Assembly: GCA_036172245.1 (NCBI GenBank)
Contig: JAYWIR010000003.1
Coordinates: forward strand, 6,138,001-6,202,000
Length of the DNA stretch: 64,000 nt
Direction: 5' to 3'
Source of the DNA: Raillietiella orientalis
Lineage: Eukaryota
A program made the position numbers and the translations under genes. This document shows positions 25,901 to 36,440 of this stretch, piece by piece. The first letter of the stretch is position 1, and each line of letters starts with the position of its first letter. The notes below the pieces were generated by a model. The model was not told the DNA's origin. It worked only from the letters and a program-made list of their open reading frames with translations, and searched no databases.

Positions 25901-27283
25901 TCCCAGGCTCGGCGGACATCGGTCTGAAGAGTGTCAGCTTTTTTCTTCTTTCGGGAGAATAACCCACTGACCTCAGAGTCCGCTCCGACTTCCCAACTCC
26001 CGTTTCACTGATGTCCCTGTTCCTTGCAAAATCACTCTCCCTAGCCCCAAGAGTGAGTCTCTTTGGCCCCCATCCCTGCATCATTCGTCGCGCTCAGGAT
26101 TCCCTGCGACACAACCCTGGAAGCATCGGATCTCTCCCCGGAATAAGCGGGACGATCTCTGGAGGCGTGACCTCTTCCCATGCTTCCCATCCTTTTGAAA
26201 CAGGAATACACCTCCCCTCCCTTCCCGCGCGGGCGCCCTGCTGAGATCCTTGGCAAGGACGGGACATAGCCAGAGAGCGGAGGTGGCCATCACCCGGCAT
26301 GGCCGCGCATGTTCCTGAGCTCCCGCGAGCAGGCGGCAGCCAGACTGTGGCAAGACACGGATGTTGCCCAGACACGGTCTTTGCCCTGGCTGCAAGAAAA
26401 GAGAAAGCAGTGCCAACAACTGGGACCGAGGTTCCACCGGAGAATGCGGGGTCGTTATGTTGCAGCAGCAGCAACGGAGAGGATGAATGCCCCTGGGGAG
26501 CGATCCCTCACATGACGGTGGTTGCTGGCTGCCCAACGGCTGCAAATCACCTCGAATAAAATGGCATTAGGCAGCGTCACTTCCGTTTATAGGAAGCCGA
26601 ATTCTTTCGGAAAGAAAATTACAGGTGTTTAGAGGGGGTGTGACCCGCGCGCTACCTCGCCGTTTCAGTGTTCTCAGAACCTCCCCCTGTGTTTCATAAT
26701 GACTGTTTCATAAGAACCTCTGACTGCGCTGATGTAAACATTGCATGGTTCCCAGATCTGCGCTGATTGTCTCCGGGGTGCCTCGTCGCCCCCTTTCACC
26801 CTCCCACTCGAACGCGGGAAAACACGAGCCGAGTGCGTCGGAACACACAACAGTGTATCAGAAGTGGTCGCGAAGCACTTGTGCTGATCTCTCAGTCCTT
26901 TCTTCTGGCCGAGCAGATCAACTGATCGAGTGCATTCCTCGCCACGAACTGCACTGCCTCTCCCCTCCCCCTCCCCGTGACTGCATTTCGAAAAGAGCAG
27001 TTTTCCTCATTGCGCCGCTCCGTGCAGCTTTCCTTTGAAGTGTCCAGGATAAGCGCCGTGAGAAGAGAGCGACTTTCGTGGGCTCGCCTTTGTTTGATTT
27101 GTCACCAGCCAGCCTCAGTCATTGACGAGATGGCCAATTAAGTGGATACGAAAAATTCCACCTTTCTAGAGGGAGAAAGGAAGCCGAGACGTCGATCCAG
27201 ATTTGAAAACCTGTGTTTTTCTTCCACGTGATAGCTCTGAGAGCTTTCAAATGACAGCTGATTCGCTCCTCGCTTCCATTCAC

Positions 27284-27326
27284 TCACGCACGCACGCACA
27301 CACACCACACACACATGCACACACAC
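27284..27326. repeat. Imperfect (CA)n/(CACG)n microsatellite
   Basis: cacgcacgcacgcacacacaccacacacacatgcacacacac. Confidence 0.85.
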
Positions 27327-27939
27327 GTCGGGCTCATCAACACGACGACGCTCCTCGGCGTGTCGAAACGTCGCTGATTTCTGTTGTGTTCGAACGGATC
27401 TGGAAAAGTTTGCCCTCTTCTCGACTCGTGCACTCGACGCGGGCCACTCCACTTTTGTTCGCCGCCGAGGAAGTCACGACTTCCCCGGCGGTACTTTCCA
27501 TGCTTCTTCTTCTTGCCTTTGAAGAATCACTCAACTCTCTCTCCGGTAGAAATCTGGGTTTCAGGAAAACGTGAGAGCGGCCGCCCTGATCGGGCGATCC
27601 CCGGGACTCCCCAAATAGGCTCCAATTCAGAGGATGAAGAGTGGGCAGCATCGTGGAACCGCCAGAACCGCTCAGCAAGGGAGGCCGCCTTCCTTTCCTT
27701 CTTTCGCACCACCCGGCGTCGGGAATCCGGCTGGAAGTTTGCCCGAAAAGCACGCAGCCGCGCTCGTGAGCTCGGGCGAGCGCTTCTCCAGGAAGCGTCC
27801 CTACGACCAGTTTCGGGATCCCTTGGCATCCATGCGCTTGTGAATATATGAATGGCAAAGGGGTGCCGAAAATTCCAGCTCGTCCTTCCAGCAGGCACCT
27901 ATGCAGATGCCGACTTTGGTACCACTAGGACGCCTGCAC

Positions 27940-28150
27940 GCTCTCGTCCCGATCTATGGATGCGATCTCACAGCTTCGGTCCGAAGACATCAAGCTTTAT
28001 TTGCAAACTGCGTTCGAGCGTGGCAGCAGCAGAATTGGACAGCTCACTTTGGGTCGTCTTCCTCCGAGGCATGCCCTCGCCTCCATGTGCGCAGTGCGGT
28101 CCATTCGGCTGAACCTGGAAGCGCCGCTGGCTGCTTTCTGCAAAGCCAGA
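27940..28150 (+). mobile_element. Decayed L1/Tx1-type ORF2 C-terminal zinc-binding (zf-RVT-like) fragment
   Basis: DLW......PKTSSFICKL....PPCAQCG followed, after a frameshift, by NLEAPLAAFC. Confidence 0.35.
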
Positions 28151-29901
28151 GTCCGCACGCACGTCCTTTAGCCAGACAGTCGGCACCGCGCGCATTTGGT
28201 GATCGCTGGGATTGCCCATCCCTGCTTGTTTGGAGGTCCCGTTTGCATCTCTTTGCACCTGGCGCATCCCTTACATTGTAAGCTTTCCCATTTTTCCGTG
28301 TATCCGCCCACGCTGTTCCGACGGCAGAAGCAGAGCCCCCCCGCTTTGACTAATGGGAATTCCCAGAGCAACAGCACTCGGGAGTACGCGCCGGTCAGCA
28401 CCCTCTAGCTTCACTGCCCCGAACTATCGCGGACAGCAGCGCGCGTCGCAATTTTGTTTTTTAGTGCACTTTCTCGACGCAGTTCGTACATCTTTTAGGA
28501 TTCTTCCATGTACAAAAACCAGATATATATAAAATTACACTACTGGACACTAGGACAACGGCGCATTAGACAATGCAAACGGTTGCTCCGTGTCTAAGGA
28601 GTGTCTAATACTCCTGCTCCAGAGCATCCCAAGTCGAACTTGAGTTTCTCTCTCTGGTGAGACCCCTGCAGGGCATGAAGTTCTTGCCCTGCTGCTCCTT
28701 CATTCGACGTACCTTCTTCTTCTCTCCTACCTCCTCCCCAAGGGACGTCGCTCGTGTGTTTCCTCAGACGTCTGTCCTCTCCTCCTTCTTTTTTAACTCA
28801 GACCAACAGATCGACCTTGGTCAGCCAGGTTGCAAATCCCTCCCTCCAATGGAAGCGCTTCAGGAGTACCATTCTTGCATCCCAGACCATATCCTGCGCC
28901 AAGATTCCCTTCCCAGTACATCGCATCCTGGATCCTGTCTGCTTTTCAGTATGATGTCTTCGTGCCTTCCTGATACTGCTTCTCCTGAGCACCCTGAACC
29001 GAGAATCCTTGTTCTGCGCGCCGCGAGGACAGCAGTGCTATTCCCTTCTGTTCCGCGTGCAGGTGACGCTGGAAACACGGCGGCGCTGTGGTAATCGCAG
29101 AAGAATCACAATCCTGCGAGCTCGGTCGACCCCAGGGTTGGGTTGGTACCCAACCCTGGTTCTCCGAGGGAAGGACCGGCGTTGTCTTCAAGCCAGCTGA
29201 GGATTCTTGTGCGTCCCGGAGCGGTGGGACAGAGGGCACGTTGCACTCCCGAAGACAGTGAATACGTAACGAAGACCACAAGAGGGCAGAGAAAAATCCG
29301 GAAAGATGGCGAACTGCTCTATTGTGCGACAAGCAGCATCGCCGCTCAAGGAAGATCCTACTTAGAGGATCATCAGGGGAGAATCCAAAAAATCGGAAAC
29401 GGCACTAATTTCTGTATAGGGAGAGGACAGGGGGGACGGAGGTACCAAGCTGAAGGAGGTCACCCGTGTCCGAAAACCAATGAATGCAAGAAAAAGAGAC
29501 GAAACCAGAGCTGCTCTGGTGCTCTTTGCCAAAAAAAAGAAAAAGGAGCAGCAACACTCCATTCTGAGGATGGACGTTTTTATGAAGAGGATGGGAGGCA
29601 GCTTGGGGTGGGAAGGAAGACGTTTTCATTGCCCTAAAGTTTTCCGAGAGCAGAAGATTTCGAGACGGAAGTTCCTACCTTCCTCGAGATCCACGGAAGT
29701 AAAAATCTTGCACCGAGAGAATCTTGGTTTCGATGGATACGGGGGTTTCCGGATAACGGAAGAGAAGATGCAGATTGATTCGCAAAGTTGAGCTCTCTTT
29801 TTTTTTTTCGATTCGCGAAGTACTCGGGAGCCGTGCGCCTGGAGGTTTACGAAGCTCTTGAGCTCTGCCCACGCCACCCGATGTCACCGTGTGTGGTGAC
29901 T

Positions 29902-30356
29902 CTTCAAGTTAGAGGGGATCCCAGTTGGGGAACACCCTCTGAATCCAGGAAGAGTTCCGGAGGAAAAAGTCCGTTCCTATTACTCTTGGGAGGGAACCCC
30001 GAGGGGAACCTCTCCTTGTTTCCTCCGCTGAAGAGAGCCCTCAAGAGACGCTTCCCAGTACGCGATGGTACGGCTCCTTTTTCACAACCGGAGGGGAGCC
30101 CCGGAAGGCCCCTTGATTTCTGGAAGATCCCGGAGGTTCCACTTCCATTCTCGGATGGCCAACGGGGACATCCGGCTTGCACCAGTGCCACACCCGAATA
30201 GGACAACCAGCATCATCCCGCGGGACGACTCGAAACAACACGACCCCCCCCCCCTTCCCCATTTCTCGGAGTCGATTCTTCCTCGGGTGGGATTCGAACC
30301 TGCAACGCACGGTGCCACGCGCAAAGGCCGCAGCCACACAGCCGCCAACGCGGGCC
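29902..30356 (-). mobile_element. tRNA-derived SINE-like element, copy 2
   Basis: Minus-strand head GGCCCGCGTTGGCGGCTGTGTGG...GGTTCGAATCCC; same body and end as the other copies. Confidence 0.75.
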
Positions 30357-30917
30357 ACTCCTCGATTCGGGGGATCAGTGGTAGAGGCGCTGATCCACCA
30401 AACACTGAAACAGTCGAATCCTGGGAGCATCAGCGGACGAGACACTAGCCCGGGAAGAGCAATTCATCTGTCTCTTGTGGAGGGCCAGAAGTCTTCCTTA
30501 GAAGCGCCCGCTCTCGCCTGCGCATTTGAAGAGGATGCGAGCGCCGCCCAGGCGCCGAGTGCCTGGCGCTTTCTGCAACCGACGTACAGCTTGGACGTCA
30601 TCTCCAGCACGCGGGATCGGCCTAGGATGAGCGTCAAAAGAAGAACCGAGAAGTCAGTGACAGACTGAGACACAGGGCAAGTGGCTTCTTAGGAAGAACA
30701 CTGGAAGGATTCAGTCTGTCCTCCGGGGCAGCGTTTCAAAAAATTATCTTACGACGGAGCACTTCACAAATCCTGAAATTTTAACGGAATGCCTTGGTTA
30801 TTTTATATATTTTATAGGGGGTGGAAATCCTTCTTTTCCTGGTTGATGATGGAAATCCTGCTTTTCTGTCTTCGCAGTTCTTCGACACGGTTCCACGCCC
30901 CCCAGTGGTGGGTAATT

Positions 30918-31548
30918 CTTCAAGATAGGGGGGACCCCGGGAGGGATCCGCCCTATGAATCCAGGAAGGACTCGGAGTCCGTTCCTCCCACGCCTGGGGA
31001 GGGATCCCCACAAATGGAGATCGCCTCCACCCTGGTTGTCTCCTAAGGGGAATCCAGAAGGGAATCTCCTTCCTTATTCTCTCCGAAGAGACCCTTGGAG
31101 GGGTTCGCTCCAGTTTTTCTTCTCTGAAGGGAACCCGGAAGGAATCCGATCCTGTTTTTACTCCTGTGAAGAGAACCCAGAAGGTGACGCTCCCGAAATT
31201 CAGAAGGACGCAGCTTCCCCGAAGGGATCGGCCCGCGTCTCTGCACTCTCTGGAGAGGTGGTGGCGACACACCTACTCCATCAGTACGACGCGGAGGGTT
31301 CCCCCGGGATGGGGGGGGGGTCCGCTCCTTCACAACTGGAGAGGGAATTACCCGCTCCTCGATTCCTGGAAGGACTCGGTGGTCGACTCCCATTTGTCGC
31401 GGCCCTCATCGGGGGGGCATCCGGTTTTAACCGCTGCCAGTGCCGCACCCGGATGAATGCAGGCCAACCAGAGTCCTCTTGTGGGGTGAACTCGGAACCC
31501 AAGACGCGTCGATTCCTTCGGGGTATTCGAACCCACGACGCATGGTGC
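30918..31548 (-). mobile_element. tRNA-derived SINE-like element, copy 3 (head truncated)
   Basis: B-box remnant GGGTTCGAATACC near 31525; body motif ccctatgaatccaggaaggactc; internal ~40-bp subrepeats. Confidence 0.7.
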
Positions 31549-31867
31549 ATGTAATTAATCATAAACAAATTGAGCAAGTAAATATAAGAGTTCAGAAAGC
31601 AAAGCAAACAGTTATTCCCGAATTTTGTTTATGTAAAATTTTCATAGTTTTCCACGGAACACTTTCGAGTTTCCGCAGTGTTCCGCGGAACACCGTCTGG
31701 GAAACGCTGCTCCAGGAAATGCTTCCGCATCTGCTGCTTGTCTTCAGGGGCTCAGGAGCTTCCGGGAGTGCTGCTCGCCTGAAGTGCGCCAGCGTGACTC
31801 CCTCGGTGAAAGGGCTGGGTTCATCCGATTTCCCTCGAGAGTCTTTGCAAACTTCCGGCGAAAACTT

Positions 31868-32054
31868 CGGAAAGCCCGACATCGAAATGGACCGGTTCAA
31901 AATGGGGTACATGGGTTTCCCTTGCATTCTCAAACTGTATTGTCCCTTGGAAGCCCAATTCCGACACACATTGAAATGCACTCTCTTTTTCCAGCAGGAG
32001 CTGATAATAGCTCATCTCTTCACCCACAGCTCATTATACTGCAATAGAGTGGAC
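31868..32054 (-). pseudogene. Inverted partial duplicate of V-ATPase a exon 1 with the start of intron 1 and 33 bp of upstream sequence
   Basis: The reverse complement matches 34162-34316 (EEMSYYQ...QFEN identical in protein) and 33819-33851, joined at a GTGA microhomology. The start codon region is missing and the donor is changed GT to GC. Confidence 0.9.
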
Positions 32055-33129
32055 CGAAAACAGCAATACGAGCTCAAACAATTCCATTTATAGATGAAAA
32101 AAATCATCAGGATTCCATCCATGATAAAGATGGGAGTCTTTATAGAAATTCATGCCCGCAAAAGATAAAGCAGAATTGAAAACGAAACGGCGTTTACAGC
32201 CGTTTTGGCAAACCGCTCATTGACTGAACGAAAGGAAGGAAAAGTTGGCACTACTCATAGGGTGCAATGGACGGAAAGTTCTCCGGTTTCATATATCCGG
32301 AAATGTGAAGGCCTTGGAAATTCACGAGGACGTTCTGGTATAGGAAGAGGCCGAAAAATAGAACGAAATCACCCGAAGGTTTGTATCCTTATCGAAACTT
32401 TTGTGCCATTTCAGAGTTGGCGTGTGTGCTCACACTGTGATCGCTAAGCTTACACTCAGTGCTGCCAAAGTAATTGGAATCATGTACAATTCAAATTATT
32501 CTACTCAGTCCATCAGGTTATCTTATGGAGATTATTGTGTCTCCCCAATACATAAACAATACAGTATCACTCAAATACAAAAGAATTCGCCAAAGAAATG
32601 TAATTCCAAGTTGATGAACATTTGGTCTCGATATACAAATGGCAGCCTGACTTACTTTCCACGACTATGAAGCAGAAAACAAGTCAACTGTAGTCACATT
32701 GGCGAAGTTCAGAGTCGTCAAAACTCTCCAGGCGGCGTGGTTGCAGAGCAAGGAGCATCCAGCAGCCCCGTTTCACTGCTGCTTCCACGTCTTCAGGCAC
32801 TTGGAATCCAGGTTTGCCTTTTGGCATCCTGGAGACCACCCTGTTTTTGAGCACTCGACCATTTGCTGCCAGAGGAGAAGTGATTCTTGAACTTGTCCCT
32901 TTGGGGCAGTTGGCGGGGCTTCACCAAGTAAACATCCTTTCTCCTGGCGATCAGGAGGACTCCTTGGCGATCCTCGGAGACCAGCACTTTTGAAAAACTG
33001 GCCAGTTGCGCGGTGCAGATCGAAGGGCATCCTCCCAAGTTGGGGCTCGCGCGGACCTTTCGCTCCGCACAGGAAAGATGGCACTCCAGGAAGCTGCGCT
33101 CCGCCACTCCCAGAGAGCACAGGAGACGT

Positions 33130-33700
33130 GCTGCTGCTCCAGACGTCGCGTTCCGCTTCCGCTTCCTCGCAGGATGGCTGGGCTCTCTTCGTGGCGTAAG
33201 GAGGCCCTTCAAAGCTGCCCGTATGTGCACCAGGAGCCGAGCGTGTCCTGCTCGTCTCTTCCGCACTGCCCAATGGGCGTATCCTCTCACCAGGGCGCTG
33301 AATATGAGGAAGGAAGCCCTCTGCCCCGTGCCCTCCCAGAGGGCAGGTTTCTTGCCTGATCAAGCGGATTCTACGAAGGCACCTCCTCTTCGGCTTTGCG
33401 CTGCCTCTCTTCGAGGGCCCTTCGGACCTCCGGTCTTCACCCGGTAAGAAACTTCCGGCAGAACCGGACTCGTCTCGGGAGAGAGCTCCCAGACACCCCC
33501 GCGCCAGCGGGCGCTCACCTCACTCCGACGAAGAACAGGATGCTTTGGACTGCACACATCCACTTTCTTCCGGGAGGGAGCGACGGCTTCCTTCGGCCTT
33601 CACGGATCTCCCGACCTCAGGATCTGCATGGGCAGGTTACCACCAGATCCTGGGAGTATCACTGTCCGGCCACCTCCCTCCCTCAAAGCCCGCAGGTTTC
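33130..33700 (+). mobile_element. Decayed LINE RT fragment just upstream of the V-ATPase gene (approximate limits)
   Basis: YPLTRALNMR (like YKI.T..L..R), SQRAGFLP...ST (like Q.GF.PGRST), ATASFGLHG (like A.V.VNG). Confidence 0.4.
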
Positions 33701-34142
33701 CACCTCTGGATGCGAGTGGCAACTTGGAGCCGCGTCTCGGCGCGCCAGGGGAATTTCCTCCATGCGGTGCTACGGCATCCTCCGAGCAGAACTCCCCTCT
33801 CTTTAGGGAGCTTTCAGAGTCCACTCTATTGCAGTAATGGACTGTGGGTGATTCTCCCATTTTTTTTTTTCTTTTCTTTTCAAGCAAGCGCATTTGTTTA
33901 TTATTCTATTTTTTTTCTATAAATCGGGAAAGGCCCTGCCGAGTTGATTCGGGAGAAGCGCTTTGGCAGCTCCGGCTGATCTTCAAAATGGCAGCCTTCT
34001 ATTTTTAGTGGCTGTCCATTGTTGCGTGGAACGGGGGTGTTTGGATTTTTCTCTCCTCGAGGGGCAGAGGGGGGGGGGGCGAGAGCTCAGAGTACAGTAA
34101 TGTTATGTAATCCCGGAGGAATGGGACGAGCTCTCCGCTGAC

Positions 34143-34259
34143 ATGACTTGGATTTTCCGAAGTGAAGAGATGAGCTATTATCAGCTCCTGCTGGAGAAAG
34201 AGAGTGCATTTCAATGTGTGTCGGAATTGGGCTTCCAAGGGACAATACAGTTTGAGAAT
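34143..34259 (+). CDS. ATP6V0A: V-ATPase subunit a coding exon 1
   Basis: [39 protein letters not shown] matches the family N-terminus (FRSEEM...CVSELG..G.VQF.D); donor GTAAGG at 34260. Confidence 0.93.
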
Positions 34260-36409
34260 GTAAGGAAGCACATGTACTCCATTTTGAATCGGTCCATTTC
34301 GACGTCGGGCTTTCCGGTGCAAATAAGAATATGCAAAGCGTTCTTTTGTTGAAACAGTGCTAATGATCACAAATAATAATTAAAAGTTTTGGAAATTTTC
34401 GTTTGCATTTCAGCTCGGGAGCACGAGATGTCCGGTGTCCTAGAAAAGCTCTGTTTCCAGAACGTTCGCGCAATTTTCTAAAGGGTGCGAAAAAAATTGC
34501 ACAATGCGTAATTTCTGGAGAAGAAAGTGCGCGCAACACGCAATGCAATGGGATGTAACGAAATCAGTTCACGTTTTGTGGATCTTTCCTAAAGGATGCG
34601 CGATTCAGCATGAACGCGTGGATTCGTACTCTGAGCGACGGACGTGCAAATGGTCGTGCAAGGATGCTGCTGTACATGATCGTACGCTCGCGGACGCGCG
34701 TGCGAGGTTGCCGGGACAACGCCGTCGGGTTCGAAGGGTCGATGGATGCCGTGTACCATCCCCGCGTAGAAAGATGGACTGACAGTGTCCGTTGCTTTGG
34801 CTCGCAATTCACGCTGGCTCGGTGTGTTTCGTGTCTGATGTGCCTCACCGTGTGGTAGACCTCGGTCCTCTGTGGTTTTTGGAAAGTGGACGAGAAACCC
34901 AATGAAAATGGAATGCAGACAGCCTTTGGGCCGACCGCGCTCGGAAAAGAGGTGCGCGCCCTCAAGAAATAATGTACGCTCTTTAAGTCGATTTTGCTGA
35001 AAATCGAACAGAAGCATTTTAGATGATGGGCTGAAAAATTTTCTGCTCGCGATAACATAAACTTTCACTCGAAAGGAACTTTAATCGCTATTTCGTTTCC
35101 ACAGATTATCTTAATACTTAGTACTTGCCCAATAGCAAACACACACACAAAAAAAAAATGAATCAATTCCACTTGAGCTTTTAAAAGTCTGTTGTGTCTC
35201 GGGTAATGGGATACGCTTAAAAAGAAGAAGAAGAAGAAAAAAAAAAAAAGATTGTAGATTCCATAAAATGGGCAAAAATAATTGTGTGTTTAGCAGGAGA
35301 ACGCAGCGTCAATGAAATCTCTTCTCGAAATGGCCGCTCGGGGAGTGGGAGGCTCGGAAAAGTTGACGGATTGAATTTCGAATCTGGCAGTTGGGGGGGG
35401 GGGGGGAGGAGGAACCAAAAACAACAGGTGCGAACTTTTTCGTTCTGGAATTGCAGGTCAACTCTGAAGGATGTCCTCTGAATCGCAAGTTCACCGCTTG
35501 CATAGAGAGATGCGTCAAACTGGAGCAGCACCTCCAGTTCCTGAAACAGCAGTGCGATGCTTTGCAGATTCCCACCCGGAAGCCCACCCAAGAGGAAGCT
35601 CAAAGGGTTCCTTCCCCATCATTCCTGGAGGGCCTCGCAGTGAGTTTGAGAAGTACTTGGGCTGGTGGGAGCGAAAGGGCTTTCGGAACGATGGGTGCAT
35701 CGCATTCCAATGCAAGCAGAAACGCTGATAACCGCCCTTGGCGCGGTTATGCACTCTGAGTGGACTGTGAATATGTCACTCTTCGTCCTTCCCTGAAATC
35801 GGAATTCTCAGATTGAGTTTGAGAGTTATAGAGTTTAGAGTTTACTTCTCTACGCGGATAACGATGCCATACCGAATACACATTAAAAAGTTGGTCATTC
35901 CACTTTTAATGGAAACGTTCAAATGCTTTGGGGTAAGGCACCCTTTTCGGAAGGGGGGGGGGGGAGGGGGGAAATCATGCGAAGCATTCAGATGTACTTT
36001 GAGAATTCTTTTTCGAAATAGGAAAGTTTGCAATTCGTCCCACCGATTTCTTGAATGTACAGAAAGTGGGAATTTGCAAGTTGGAAAGGAAGAAAAATAC
36101 CGATGTAGCTTATTGGATGCACAATAGCGAGATTGGCATCTTCCTTTCTCACTTGCCTTCTTCCCTTCTGTTCATCATTGATCATCATCATTATTATTTG
36201 GTGCAATCTGTTTCCCCATTTGCGTTCTTTGTACACGGTTTGCGAACATTCTTAAAATGTGAACTTTTCGATCGCTGCCACCGACTCACCATTTCTTTGA
36301 ATTGAAATTCAATTTTCAAAGGTTATCCCTATCACAAAAATTCGACCTGAAAAGTCATCCCCCAAGGTGGATGCACTGAATTCAAAGGATTCATTCGTTA
36401 CCTTCTGTT

Positions 36410-36440
<31 letters not shown>

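Noticed and set aside
30280..30356. Functional tRNA genes at the GGTTCGAATCCC motifs (also ~12750, ~31525, ~63280)
   Set aside because: No consistent cloverleaf or anticodon arm and no T-run terminator; each is fused to the same longer repeat body, so they are treated as SINE heads.
6500..33700. Uni-strand (flamenco-like) piRNA cluster inferred from co-oriented TE relics
   Set aside because: Most recognised LINE relics are on +, but at least two (11100-11620, 20500-21500) and the SINEs are on -. The orientation bias is not clean and small-RNA data would be needed.
1..34000. Numerous long ORFs of 200-420 aa in all six frames (e.g. 15831-17096 -, 22793-23902 +, 3561-4544 -)
   Set aside because: They are Arg/Pro/Ser/Gly-rich, overlap on both strands and show no recognisable intact domain. 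This is expected from stop-codon scarcity in GC-rich DNA.
33848..34162. Idea that the inverted exon 1 copy is a processed (retroposed) transcript with a spliced 5' intron
   Set aside because: The junction differs by one G from a GT-AG splice product, and the copy retains intron 1 sequence. A DNA-level microhomology deletion fits better.
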